Below are positions 52,116-63,047 of a DNA stretch of 64,000 nt, piece after piece. The stretch comes from a virus (taxonomy: Duplodnaviria > Caudoviricetes): IMG/VR virus record IMGVR_UViG_2728369562_000003, positions 21,712 through 85,711 of that record, one strand, 5' to 3'. A model generated the notes under the pieces. That model saw nothing but the letters and a program-made list of their open reading frames with translations, was not told where the DNA came from and searched no databases. Every line of letters starts with the position of its first letter. Within the stretch, counting starts at the first letter, position 1. A program made the translations under genes and the position numbers.

Positions 52116-53267
52116 TTGAAATTAAAGCAGATGATTAAGAACGAATGTGAAAAAGATAATCAGCTTGCAGCTCGACTTGCTAAATTGGCTGGTTATGAAA
52201 AAGTAAATGGTTTTTATAAGTTTGTGAACACCCCAGAAAAAGAAATGGAAAACTTGGGTGGATTAATTACGATTGTAAAAAACTTGTTTCCTGATAATGA
52301 AGAGCAACTTTTAAGTGAATACTTCTTAGAATTAGACCCCAATAAAAAATGTGCAAGGCAATCAGTTGAATACTCAGATATAAACCAATGGGACACACTT
52401 ACTGATAAGATTATCATTAATTTATGCAACTCTAAAAATTCCACTAGTCAAGAGTGGGGGAAAGTCTACAGCTTACATAGAAAACTAAACAAAAGTGAAA
52501 TCAGTTTAAATGATGCAATTAGGGAAACTGGCAAATGTAGAATAAAATCTGCTGAAATGCTCTTCTTTTCAAATGCAATGCTTATGTATGAGTATTTAAG
52601 CATTGGTGAATTTGGATTAATGAAAAGTACTTCAAAATTGTTAGATTTTGATGATTTACCCGAAGGGTTCATTAAAGAGTCATTCAAAAGCAGAGTGTAT
52701 ATGCTCAAAGCGAACATAAGTTTGAATGAAAATAGTTTACTAGAAGCGAGACAACATTCTAACCAGGCAATTGAAAAATCTAACGTGAACCGTATTTGTT
52801 TTTTTGCATATTTAACAATTGGCAACACTTTAATTTTTGAGGATTATGATAAGGCTAAAAAGGCGTACATTAGAGGTTTAGAATATGCTAAAAATTCAGT
52901 GTACCAAGAAATGCTTGATGGTGCGTTGTGCTTTTTGTCAAATGTTTGGAAGCAAGAAAATAATTGGGTAAATTATAGCTCTGATAACATTAAATATTTG
53001 CAATTAAGAGCTTTCTATTACATAAATCAAGGTAACATTGAGGAAGCCACGGAAATTTTAGATGAGTTGTCATCAAGAGAGCAAGATGAAAATGAATTAG
53101 GATTCTACTTTTACTACAAAGGATTAATATCTCAGGATAAGACAGACTATTATAAATCAATACGATACTTCAAAAAATCAGATGATAAATATTTTATACA
53201 ATTGCCATTACTTCAACTCGAACAAATGGGAGCTGATCTTGAACTATTAAATCTTATCTCAATTTAG
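52116..53267 (+). CDS. aimR: Arbitrium receptor AimR (phi3T type)
   Basis: HTH plus TPR RRNPP protein, 383 aa, upstream of aimP. Confidence 0.95.
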   Translation: MKLKQMIKNECEKDNQLAARLAKLAGYEKVNGFYKFVNTPEKEMENLGGLITIVKNLFPDNEEQLLSEYFLELDPNKKCARQSVEYSDINQWDTLTDKIIINLCNSKNSTSQEWGKVYSLHRKLNKSEISLNDAIRETGKCRIKSAEMLFFSNAMLMYEYLSIGEFGLMKSTSKLLDFDDLPEGFIKESFKSRVYMLKANISLNENSLLEARQHSNQAIEKSNVNRICFFAYLTIGNTLIFEDYDKAKKAYIRGLEYAKNSVYQEMLDGALCFLSNVWKQENNWVNYSSDNIKYLQLRAFYYINQGNIEEATEILDELSSREQDENELGFYFYYKGLISQDKTDYYKSIRYFKKSDDKYFIQLPLLQLEQMGADLELLNLISI

Positions 53268-53297
53268 GTTTGACAAATTTGAAAGGAGGTGAGAATA

Positions 53298-53429
53298 TTG
53301 AAAAAAGTATTTTTTGGTTTAGTAATTCTTACGGCCTTAGCAATTTCATTTGTTGCTGGACAACAGTCAGTAAGCACAGCATCTGCTTCTGATGTAGTAA
53401 CTGTTGCAAGTGCAATCCGTGGTGCTTAA
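53298..53429 (+). CDS. aimP: Arbitrium peptide precursor AimP, mature peptide SAIRGA
   Basis: AAAGGAGGT RBS with TTG; MKKVFFGLVILTALAISFVAGQQSVSTASASDVVTVASAIRGA. Confidence 0.95.
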   Translation: MKKVFFGLVILTALAISFVAGQQSVSTASASDVVTVASAIRGA

Positions 53430-53465
53430 TTTAATAATTTAATAGCTAATACATAATACTGTCAT

Positions 53466-53498
53466 AGACGTTTGATCCATTGGATCAGGCGTCTTTTC
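53466..53498 (+). terminator. aimP terminator
   Basis: AGACGTTTGATCCA/TGGATCAGGCGTCT stem plus TTTT. Confidence 0.8.
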
Positions 53499-53511
53499 TA
53501 ATTTTAAGGAA

Positions 53512-53548
53512 AAGTTCCAGAACTTCTAAAACTGAAAAATGAGAACAT
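53512..53548 (+). promoter_or_regulatory. AimR operator
   Basis: AAGTTC-N25-GAACAT imperfect 6-bp inverted repeat with 25-bp spacer between aimP and aimX. Confidence 0.7.
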
Positions 53549-53560
53549 GGGGGAATTAGA

Positions 53561-53716
53561 ATGAAAAAACAATTAGGACAAACATTTTCTTATGAAGAAA
53601 TGGCAAAAGGGTACGAGGAAATGGCAGCAATCAATTCAATAATTGCACAAGAGGATAGTCACCTTGAGAATGAAGCGGAAATGGCTAGATCACGACATAA
53701 AACCTTGGCTTCCTAA
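53561..53716 (+). CDS. aimX: AimX (MazE C-terminus mimic)
   Basis: 51 aa with EEMAKGYEEMAAINSIIAQE motif like MazE/NdoAI. Confidence 0.9.
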   Translation: MKKQLGQTFSYEEMAKGYEEMAAINSIIAQEDSHLENEAEMARSRHKTLAS

Positions 53717-53866
53717 ACAGAATGAAACTAAATAAAATGGACATTTTAAACACATCGAGCACATGTGTTTATTTGTCTAGAATAAAAATAAAATTAATTA
53801 TTGCATAATCTGTTGGCAACGGATATAATGAAGATACATAAGATAACGTTGTTGGGAGATGGGACT

Positions 53867-54073
53867 ATGGAAGAATCAAATAAAAACGAAGAGTATAAGG
53901 TTACTTCATTAAGACAGTATCAATACATAAAACAACTTAAGAGCTTTACTCGTGTTAATCTTCATATGGAAGATCCAGATGTGTTTACACCTAATAATGT
54001 TACTACAATGAGAAGAAATCATAAAGAGCATATGCTTATTAAGGATCAAAATAATACAATTAAATGCATATAA
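53867..54073 (+). CDS. sroA: SroA (YopM-position protein)
   Basis: First gene after aimX; MEESNKNEEY... Confidence 0.6.
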   Translation: MEESNKNEEYKVTSLRQYQYIKQLKSFTRVNLHMEDPDVFTPNNVTTMRRNHKEHMLIKDQNNTIKCI

Positions 54074-54089
54074 GGAGAATAAAAATAAA

Positions 54090-54335
54090 ATGACTAACAA
54101 TAAATATTATACTGAGGAAAATAAAAAGAAAGTCTGGAAAAAGCATATGATTGTTTTGAAATTCTTAGAGCAACCAGGAATATCAGAAGCATATCTTAAT
54201 TACTTGCAGGAAGAAATTCATAATGATGAATGGATAGGGTTTGAAAATGAGTTTTTTGAGGAACTGACTGGTAAACCTGTGATAAATGTAGGGGACAAGA
54301 TTAAGGCGACAAAACAATACTCAGCTGTTCATTGA
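54090..54335 (+). CDS. sroB: SroB, phi3T_93-like MazE-binding protein
   Basis: MTNNKYYTEENKKKVWKKH..., recalled similarity and position. Confidence 0.75.
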   Translation: MTNNKYYTEENKKKVWKKHMIVLKFLEQPGISEAYLNYLQEEIHNDEWIGFENEFFEELTGKPVINVGDKIKATKQYSAVH

Positions 54336-54529
54336 GCAAGTATATACTTAAAGTAGGTGTTTTATTGAATTTATCTATTTTGATTAAGTTGCTAGACGGT
54401 TATGACTTAATGAAGCAAATAGAAATCTGCAATGCAAATATTATGCTGCTAAGAAGCTTTAAGCAAGATACTGATTGGTTAAAATTGTGGTATGAGTTAG
54501 ATAATTATTTAATGGATAAAATTAAATGA
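54332..54529 (+). CDS. sroC: SroC-position protein
   Basis: Coupled ORF between sroB and sroD. Confidence 0.55.
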   Translation: MSKYILKVGVLLNLSILIKLLDGYDLMKQIEICNANIMLLRSFKQDTDWLKLWYELDNYLMDKIK

Positions 54530-54530
54530 G

Positions 54531-55601
54531 GTGGAAACCTTGGAAGTGAAAAAGCAAACACCATCTGTTAGGGATTACTCCATTTTTAATGACATAAATA
54601 GATGGTTTGATGAATTAGATTTGAGAAATAGGGATGACAAATCAGCATTTATTGAAAAGTCTAATACTAGAACCACCTATGAAAGGCATATTAGAGAATT
54701 CTTTAATTATCAAGTTGGTAAGGATATTGAATATTTAACTGAAGAAGATGTAATAATTAAAAAGAATGATTTAATGGATTATAGGACTTATTTGGCTAAA
54801 AATAAAAATAATACAAATGCTACGATTAATAATAAAATCGCAGCACTGAAAAGTTTAATTAAATCCTTGGAGTCAGAACACGACTGTGAATCAAGCGTTT
54901 TTAATTTTAGACCATTGCCGACAGAGAAGAATCCAGCTGGTTCATTTGAGGGGATTCCTGAAGCTGAAGAGTTTGCAGAAGCTGCATTTATCCATGAGAG
55001 ACAGAACAGGTTAATGAAAAAGCTCTTTATTTTATTTAGTGTACGCACAGGAGCAAGAAAATCAGAAGTCTTACGAGTAAAATGGGAAGACATAACGTAT
55101 TCATCGAAGCACGATTGTTACTTAGTCAATTTCAAGAAGACTAAACAGAAGAAAGCGAGACCAGTAGGTATTTCTAGCTCCTTTTATGAGGAGTTGTTAA
55201 CACTCAAGAATGAGTATGGTGAGCATGAGCTGATCTTTCATAAATTAACTGTAGACTCAATTAATGATATGTGGCACAGAGTTTGCAGAGTGTTAAATAT
55301 TCCACAGGAAAGAAATCTTAGGCCACACAGTTTACGTAATACAGCCACTAATTTTTCTTATAATGTAAGCGGAGACATTAAAAAGGTGGCAGCATTTTCA
55401 GGACATAAAAACATCAATGTGCTAAATGATCATTATCTAAATAAGGAAAGAGATTATTCTCAAGATCCTGGTGTTATAATTGATCAAGATATAGATATTG
55501 ATTTCCTGGATACTGTTACATTAGACCAGTTTAGACAGTTCTTTTTAGATTGTGATGTTTCCACTCTAAAAAAGCTCAAAAAATTTTTAGAATTAAAATA
55601 A
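54531..55601 (+). CDS. yopP: SroD/YopP tyrosine recombinase family protein
   Basis: TGARKSE, PHSLR, SGH...HY: catalytic R-H-R-H-Y residues appear present. Confidence 0.85.
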   Translation: METLEVKKQTPSVRDYSIFNDINRWFDELDLRNRDDKSAFIEKSNTRTTYERHIREFFNYQVGKDIEYLTEEDVIIKKNDLMDYRTYLAKNKNNTNATINNKIAALKSLIKSLESEHDCESSVFNFRPLPTEKNPAGSFEGIPEAEEFAEAAFIHERQNRLMKKLFILFSVRTGARKSEVLRVKWEDITYSSKHDCYLVNFKKTKQKKARPVGISSSFYEELLTLKNEYGEHELIFHKLTVDSINDMWHRVCRVLNIPQERNLRPHSLRNTATNFSYNVSGDIKKVAAFSGHKNINVLNDHYLNKERDYSQDPGVIIDQDIDIDFLDTVTLDQFRQFFLDCDVSTLKKLKKFLELK

Positions 55602-55685
55602 AAGTGATATAAATAATCATATAAATGCTTTACTTGTATGTTAATGTAATGATAAATTTAATATGATTATGTGTGAGGTGATACT

Positions 55686-57032
55686 GTGGTTCAGGATCTG
55701 TTGACAACAGATAAGCTTTTAAAGCTTAAAAATAAAATAGAAGAAGTTGCATCTGATATTAAACATGATTCCAGAAAAGTAAAGGAATTAAAAGCAATCA
55801 TGGGAGCGCAGTATAAAACGCTGCCTGGTTATGTACAAGAAATTTTGAATAACAATGATAATAACATTCAACGCTTGAATGAAAAGGAAGTTTATATTTT
55901 CTCTAAAGAACTACACAAACTTACTGGCGTAGCCGCTTTAGACCCTTTGAGTTATTTTCCACCAAGGTTGGCTAAGGAGTTAGAGGGCGGAAGAATTTTT
56001 GCCGGTGAAGAGGTTCTAACACTTCCTTATACATTTAAAAACGTAATAAAAATAAATGAAGATAATTATGTGACTTCAATTACTGCGAAAGAATTAAGTG
56101 AACTATATAATAGCTCAATACTACAATACAACTATAATACTCAACGGGAAGGCAGATTCATTAAGGGAAGCTTAATACCTGTGCCAAAGACTAATCCTAA
56201 ATCAGTTGAAGAGATTAAAGAACTTTTTAAAAAGGGCGACTTAATCGTGTCTATGTTTACATTTAATGCACGGTTTGGCACATCAGATGAGGATGAAGAA
56301 ATTGAGTACAATCCAAGCGACCTAAGCTTAACTGTTACTAAGGGTACATTAGTTGATGTTCTAGATGGTTACCATAGAATATCTGGAGTTGTTAAAGCTA
56401 TTACTGAAGCTCCTGAATTAGATCAAACCTTTATTTTGAATATCTTAAATTATACTGAAGAAAAAGCAAAACGTCATTTTGCCCAAATGAATACAATAAA
56501 TCCTGTTGAGAAATCAAGGATTGAAGAACTTGGTCAAAAACGCTATTCTTCCACTATTGTTGAGCAACTTAAATATAATAGTGAACTCAAAGACAAAATT
56601 AGTGTACAAAGTGAAATTGGTATGAGTAGTCCATTCTTGGTTACTTATTATACACTTTCTGAAGCAATTGACGATGCTTTTGAGATCAATTCACGGAGAG
56701 ACGCTATTCAATTGTCCAAGTATTTAAGGGACTTCTTTGCTGAGCTTTTTTATGCTTTTCCAGATGATTTCCTTGAAGATGATCTTAGCGAGTCAAGAAA
56801 CAGATCGTACATTAACTATAATGCTGTATTTTATGGATACATTTATTTGGCCAAAAAAATGCAAGAGAATGGCACACCACTAGCTAAACTAGCAACGATA
56901 CTACAGCAGGTTGATTTTGATAAAGGTAAGACATTCAAGGAGTTAAGCAGCAGAAATTATGAAGAACAATTAAATGCTGCTATGAAGAAAAAACTGAAAA
57001 AAGTTTTCTATGATGAAATTGATGTTCGTTAG
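55686..57032 (+). CDS. yopQ: SroE/YopQ, ParB/DndB-like protein
   Basis: YNYNTQR, LDGYHR, FAQMN motifs. Confidence 0.85.
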   Translation: MVQDLLTTDKLLKLKNKIEEVASDIKHDSRKVKELKAIMGAQYKTLPGYVQEILNNNDNNIQRLNEKEVYIFSKELHKLTGVAALDPLSYFPPRLAKELEGGRIFAGEEVLTLPYTFKNVIKINEDNYVTSITAKELSELYNSSILQYNYNTQREGRFIKGSLIPVPKTNPKSVEEIKELFKKGDLIVSMFTFNARFGTSDEDEEIEYNPSDLSLTVTKGTLVDVLDGYHRISGVVKAITEAPELDQTFILNILNYTEEKAKRHFAQMNTINPVEKSRIEELGQKRYSSTIVEQLKYNSELKDKISVQSEIGMSSPFLVTYYTLSEAIDDAFEINSRRDAIQLSKYLRDFFAELFYAFPDDFLEDDLSESRNRSYINYNAVFYGYIYLAKKMQENGTPLAKLATILQQVDFDKGKTFKELSSRNYEEQLNAAMKKKLKKVFYDEIDVR

Positions 57033-58022
<990 letters not shown>

Positions 58023-58441
58023 ATCCCTATTCAGGGATTAATCTTACATAATAAAAAGAATAAAAATAAAATATTAAACTTCAGTGTGAGCTAAATCGTG
58101 GCATTTATAAATTAGATGGTAGGATTTTGTTTATATTTTTCAGAATTCGACAAAAGTAGACAAGGACATGCAAGAGGTTATATGGTAAAATAATACTACG
58201 CATAAATTGTATTTTATAATGGTCGTCAGGGACAAAATACCCATTTTCTTTTCTTGACTTTTTGATTTTGTACATAAAGGTAATCGTATGAACAATTAAG
58301 GGAAGGTACTTTATTTAATTTATACACTCAAAATTACTAATATAAAAAAGAATTGCAGATAAATAGGCAAAACGTTATAATGAGTTTAATTAAAAAAGGG
58401 AACGTGTGTTTGGATAATTATCACCAGAGAGAGGGAAACTA

Positions 58442-58741
58442 ATGAAGGAGTTCTTTATTCAAGGGGATTTATGTATTTCTTATAATGGACGAATTAAAGC
58501 AGAAAATGAAGAACAGGCTATAATTTTGACTATTGCTGCTTTAACAAAAAAATTGAAAAATAAAAGTGGAAAGTTTGGTTTTCTTGAGAATGGAAAGACA
58601 AAATATAATCATTTATTTGATGTTGATATAAACTCAACTGAAGATGCTGAAATTAGTGCTTCTTATGTCGAAGAGATTGATGAAATGTTTGACGACACAC
58701 TTGAAGAGTACAGAAACTCAGAACTGTTAACAACGAAGTAA
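58442..58741 (+). CDS. Hypothetical protein
   Basis: 99 aa ORF with RBS. Confidence 0.65.
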   Translation: MKEFFIQGDLCISYNGRIKAENEEQAIILTIAALTKKLKNKSGKFGFLENGKTKYNHLFDVDINSTEDAEISASYVEEIDEMFDDTLEEYRNSELLTTK

Positions 58742-58815
58742 GAATAGTACATCTCGTCAGTCATCATGAGAAATAAAAAAATTGATGACCTTATAGTCAG
58801 ACTGGAGTTTTTTCA

Positions 58816-59055
58816 ATGAAACTGGATACCGTAATGGACATGAGAGAAAGTCTAGCAGCAATTATCTTTAGCGTTGGATCAGAGAACATATTAAGTGGAG
58901 AATATTACATAGAAATTGATTTTCAGAACAAAGACAATAAGTTAACGCTGAAGATTGACAGGGCTGCTTTGTTGGATCTTAGAGACAAGATAAATGAAAC
59001 TCTGTGGAAAATAGATGATGCAAAATCATTAGTTAAAAGTGGCTTTACTCTGTAA
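58816..59055 (+). CDS. Hypothetical protein
   Basis: 79 aa ORF with GGAG RBS. Confidence 0.65.
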   Translation: MKLDTVMDMRESLAAIIFSVGSENILSGEYYIEIDFQNKDNKLTLKIDRAALLDLRDKINETLWKIDDAKSLVKSGFTL

Positions 59056-59080
59056 GTAAAGCTTGTTTTTTAAAAATATA

Positions 59081-59131
59081 AAGAATAAAAATAAAATTAC
59101 TGTTTACAACTCGAATCTGTAATTGTATAAT
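59081..59131 (+). promoter_or_regulatory. SPbeta repeated element plus early sigma-A promoter
   Basis: AAGAATAAAAATAAAAT, TTTACA-17-TATAAT. Confidence 0.75.
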
Positions 59132-59172
59132 TCAAAATATAAGACAGGCATTGAAAGGAGTTGAGGCTGTTA

Positions 59173-59414
59173 GTTGTTTAATGAGCCACAAAATAAAGAA
59201 ATAAAAACCTGGTCATGATGAAATTTCTCAAGGGGTCTTCTCTTCATGTAACAAAGCTCTTCAAAACTTAAATGAGGACGAAATTAGGATGGCCATTGGT
59301 GATTTAGACTTTGTTAAAGACAACCTGGAAGAGATTCAGTTTATATTAAGAGATATTGTTTTTACATACGATGAGGAAAAGAGTAGTCTTATTAAAAGTC
59401 AAAATAAAATGTAA
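59173..59414 (+). pseudogene. Frameshifted small phage gene
   Basis: MFNEPQNKEIK then KPGHDEISQG...NKM* in shifted frame at an A-run near 59203. Confidence 0.4.
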
Positions 59415-59662
59415 GATTTATCGTGATTTAGATTAGGGTGATATATGTTGAAAGAAATCAATATGATTGAACATTATTATTGATGTGATGAAACAATAAT
59501 TACAAAGCGTGATTATACAAGGCACGTGAGGTGATGGTTCTGGTTTTATTCTAAGCAATTACAGTCAGGGGTGTGAAAGCATTTAAAATAACTCTAGTGA
59601 TCTTTCAGCTGGCAAAAGAATTTTTTAAAAAAAGAAAGGGGCCAGTAGGAGCCCCATATACT

Positions 59663-59920
59663 CTAAATTTTTTGGTAAACTCCATAGTACATCTTACCTT
59701 TTTTATAAGTTCCTATAAGTTTCCATGTAGCGCCGTTTAAACGAATAAACGCAGTGAATTTGTTGGAGTGTTGTACTATTGTCTTTAATTCCTGGATTGT
59801 GGTTGAATCAGTATTTTTTTCTTGGACTGAGTTTGAAGGGGTCATAGCAAAAGCAGGAGAGGCAGAAACAAGTAAAGCAAGGGACAATGCAGAACCAGTT
59901 AAGACTTTTTTCAAATTCAC
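59663..59920 (-). CDS. LCI-family antimicrobial peptide precursor (YoqM-like)
   Basis: KKVLTGSALSLALLVSASPAFA signal as in LCI; mature part ...NGATWKL...YYGVY. Confidence 0.75.
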   Translation of the reverse strand: MNLKKVLTGSALSLALLVSASPAFAMTPSNSVQEKNTDSTTIQELKTIVQHSNKFTAFIRLNGATWKLIGTYKKGKMYYGVYQKI

Positions 59921-60069
59921 CTTAAACACTCCCTCTGTTTTTTATATACACCTCTATTATCGCACGGTATACAAAAAAATTCCAAGGGTAATTTTGTTAA
60001 TTTTAACGAACATGGTTGAAATATTGAAATTCGCCCAGTTGCCTGTTGTTCGAAATGTGGCTGCAACAT

Positions 60070-60444
60070 ACAGAGTTTGGGACGGCGGCAGATGTATTAT
60101 GTGGATGTAGTATGGTTAAGCCTTGAAATCATAGGTGATGAGTGGATTTTATGGCGTAATAATAAGTATGGATATGGCTTCAAAAGGATTGCATTACAGG
60201 AAGTTACGAAGAAGGAACAGTTCTCATGAGGAGCAAAAGGTTTAAGGATAAGAACGTCAAAGATATCGATTATAAAGATATTGATATGACGACCAAAGAA
60301 TCGATAATCATTATTTACAAAGATGGTAATTACGAAATTAAATTCCCTAGTGAAATAGGTTATATGGTTACTTGTATATATTGGAAGGGAGCGACACTCA
60401 AGGAAGTTTTTAAGAAAAACCTGAGTTCTGACGGCACGGAGTGA
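60070..60444 (+). pseudogene. Decayed YopX-family gene
   Basis: YRVWDG and FKDKNVKDIDYKDI (cf. LKDKNGKEIYEGDI) in different frames. Confidence 0.5.
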
Positions 60445-60501
60445 TTTGAGATTACAGTTTAAATAAAAGATGCATTTTAACGGAAAAAGGAGGAACAGAA
60501 C

Positions 60502-60780
60502 ATGGTTAATTTAATTAAAATTGAAAAATTAGAGGAAATGGTTAAGTATGAAGATCCAAAAACATCAGATGTACACCATGAAAGGAAACGCTGGACTACA
60601 GGAGTACCAATCATTTTAGTTGATAAAGACGGTCAAATGACTACAACAGATCAATGGGTATACATAAACAAACATGGTGAACTAGTTTATAAAAAGAAAG
60701 AGAACCTATGGTGTCAAGGATGGGACTGGTACGACAAGGGCAAATCACATATTAAAGAAGTTTTTGTCGTCACTAATTAA
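60502..60780 (+). CDS. Hypothetical protein
   Basis: AAGGAGG RBS; flanked by palindromic sites. Confidence 0.75.
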   Translation: MVNLIKIEKLEEMVKYEDPKTSDVHHERKRWTTGVPIILVDKDGQMTTTDQWVYINKHGELVYKKKENLWCQGWDWYDKGKSHIKEVFVVTN

Positions 60781-60828
60781 GCAGCTTTGGATAAAAGTAA
60801 AATTTTAAAGAGAAGAGGAGGATTAAAA

Positions 60829-61077
60829 ATGAACTTGCTAAAAGAAATAACAGTATTTGATTTAACTAAAATCAAACCTAGCACAAAGGTTAAAGTAACT
60901 TGGTACAAGGGATCAGAGATGGAGTACATACATCATGGCGAAGTCATCATCAATAATGGGGAAAAGTTCTTCTATAATTACGTTGATAAAGAAGGAAATG
61001 TAGGTCACTGTCATGTGAACGCACTTGATTTAAAAAACTATCCAGACAGTTTAATAGTTGAAATTAAATCAAAATAA
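60829..61077 (+). CDS. Hypothetical protein
   Basis: GAGGAGG RBS, MNLLKEITV...; flanked by palindromic sites. Confidence 0.75.
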   Translation: MNLLKEITVFDLTKIKPSTKVKVTWYKGSEMEYIHHGEVIINNGEKFFYNYVDKEGNVGHCHVNALDLKNYPDSLIVEIKSK

Positions 61078-61113
61078 AAATTGAAGTTTTAAAGAAAAAG
61101 GAGCTGTTTTAAA

Positions 61114-61350
61114 GTGCAAGATATCCGTGTGATATATGACAGAAACAAAACTTTGGAAGCGGTCGTTGTCCAGTTTGGAGATTATATGTGTGAGCTAACA
61201 GATTCACAAGTAATTAATGAAGAAAATAAAGAATTTGATGTACTTAATGATGAATATCAAGGAGCTTGGAAATATGAAAATGGACAACACTGCGAAGTCG
61301 AAATTTACGATGGTGTAGACAAGTGGGTCTGTCAAGCATTCTTACACTGA
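61114..61350 (+). CDS. Hypothetical protein
   Basis: AAGGAG RBS; flanked by palindromic sites. Confidence 0.7.
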   Translation: MQDIRVIYDRNKTLEAVVVQFGDYMCELTDSQVINEENKEFDVLNDEYQGAWKYENGQHCEVEIYDGVDKWVCQAFLH

Positions 61351-61386
61351 ATAAAAAGACTGTTTTAAAGAGAAAGGAGCTGAACC

Positions 61387-62061
61387 ATGGCAATTGATTT
61401 TTCAAAGTTAAATGATCCAGAAAGGAAAAAGCAGTGGGTTGATGAAAGAAAAGAACGGGAGCGGCTTTTAGAAGAACAAGAAACACTGAGAAAGAAGACA
61501 GTTTGCTTTACCGGCCACAGACCAAATAAATTGGGTGGCTATGATATGAAAAATCCCACAATGCTCAAACTCAAAGATAAGCTACTTGAAGTGATTGAGG
61601 AGTTAATCATAAAAGAAGAGAAGTCCAGGTTTATAACTGGTGGAGCATTAGGAACTGACCAGGCTGCTTGCTGGTGTGTACATATTCTAAAGAAGAAACA
61701 CCCTCATATCAAAAACATAATTGCCACACCTTTCAAAGAACAAGATAAAGTTTGGTCTGCAGACCAAAAAATGTGGTACAAACGTATGCTTAATGTGGCA
61801 GATGAGATTGTTAATGTTGAAGAATTAGATAAATATAAAGTTAGTGGAGAGAAACCAGGAGAGTTTTCGCCAGCTAAGATGCAAAAGCGAAATGAATACA
61901 TGATTGATCACAGTGAGGCCATAGTAGCTGTTTATGATGGAAGTAAAAGTGGTACAAGAAACTGCTTAAATTACGCCAAGAAAACTTACTTAGGACATCA
62001 ACTATGGAGACTTCATCCTGATTTTAATTTTGAATTAGATATTACGTATTTTGTTGGATGA
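61387..62061 (+). CDS. yoqJ: YoqJ-like YspA/SLOG (DUF1273) nucleotide-binding protein
   Basis: FTGHRP, GGALGTD, RNEYMID, SGT motifs. Confidence 0.8.
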   Translation: MAIDFSKLNDPERKKQWVDERKERERLLEEQETLRKKTVCFTGHRPNKLGGYDMKNPTMLKLKDKLLEVIEELIIKEEKSRFITGGALGTDQAACWCVHILKKKHPHIKNIIATPFKEQDKVWSADQKMWYKRMLNVADEIVNVEELDKYKVSGEKPGEFSPAKMQKRNEYMIDHSEAIVAVYDGSKSGTRNCLNYAKKTYLGHQLWRLHPDFNFELDITYFVG

Positions 62062-62080
62062 TAAGGAGAGGTGAACTTTT

Positions 62081-62263
62081 CTGAAACTAATAGAAGAAAG
62101 AATATATGAAGAACGATTGTACATATATTCTGATGATATTGAAGCCAGAAAGCATTTCGTAAGTGAATTAAAATCAAAAGGGTGGATGGTGGACAATTGC
62201 TGGGTTGGGATTGATCTAAATCAAATAAAACAGTTTTATCGATTCAAGAGGGAATTAAAATAA
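62081..62263 (+). CDS. 60-aa hypothetical protein, probable CTG start
   Basis: GAGGTG RBS before CTG AAA CTA ATA GAA; open to TAA within palindromic site. Confidence 0.5.
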   Translation: MKLIEERIYEERLYIYSDDIEARKHFVSELKSKGWMVDNCWVGIDLNQIKQFYRFKRELK

Positions 62264-62337
62264 AAGGATTACTTTAACCAGATAGGGCTGGGCAAACTAT
62301 GAATTTAAAAAGGGAGCTAGAAGCCCCCATTGCGATC

Positions 62338-62613
62338 TTATATTCGTACACCTTCATAGTGCCCAATCCAATTTCCATCTGAAACTTTCGTAATACCTTT
62401 TAAATACCAGCGATAACCGCCGTCTTCAAATGAGTTGGCAAAAATACCTGTACTGCTAGGTAAATCCCATTTGATAGCTTGAGCTTTAAAATCATCATTT
62501 GCAACATTTGCTATTTCGTGATTCGGAATTGTACTTGCAGCGAACGCTGGAGATGCTGAAACAAGTAAACCAACTGATAATGCAACACCTGTTAAAACTT
62601 TTTTGTAACTCAT
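62338..62613 (-). CDS. LCI-family antimicrobial peptide precursor (YoqM-like)
   Basis: Same signal peptide; mature AIKWDLPSSTGIFANSF...WIGHYE resembles LCI AIKLVQSPNGNFAASF...WVGIYE. Confidence 0.8.
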   Translation of the reverse strand: MSYKKVLTGVALSVGLLVSASPAFAASTIPNHEIANVANDDFKAQAIKWDLPSSTGIFANSFEDGGYRWYLKGITKVSDGNWIGHYEGVRI

Positions 62614-62817
62614 TAAAATCCCCCATTCTTATAATTTTTTCTTGCAATTCCATTATATGGTTTTGTTAATTAGGGGAATAGTGAAATTATTCCTATATAT
62701 ATGGAAATATTGTATCGGTTAATGTCGTGAAGGATGAGAAGGAAAATGGAGAGATGGATTATAGGATGGTTTATAAACGATTAAAGAGTGAAAATAAAAT
62801 AAGTAGAGGTTATAAAA

Positions 62818-63033
62818 ATGATAAAGAGGAATCTGCTTAGCAACCACGTTGATGAGATTATTGGAGAATATTACGCTGCTAAAGGATATTCAGTTCAGAG
62901 TATTGATCGCCAAGAAAATGGTCAACTAATTGTTGTTACGCAGCGAGTAACAGAGGAAAGGGAACCGGAGAAAGTTGATTTAGCATTTGATTTCATACAT
63001 AAAAGACCGCATAGAAAGAAATATCTTGCTTAA
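62818..63033 (+). CDS. Conserved SPbeta protein (YoqN-like)
   Basis: 71 aa, recalled similarity and position after yoqM-like gene. Confidence 0.7.
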   Translation: MIKRNLLSNHVDEIIGEYYAAKGYSVQSIDRQENGQLIVVTQRVTEEREPEKVDLAFDFIHKRPHRKKYLA

Positions 63034-63047
63034 AGGGGGATTAGAAA

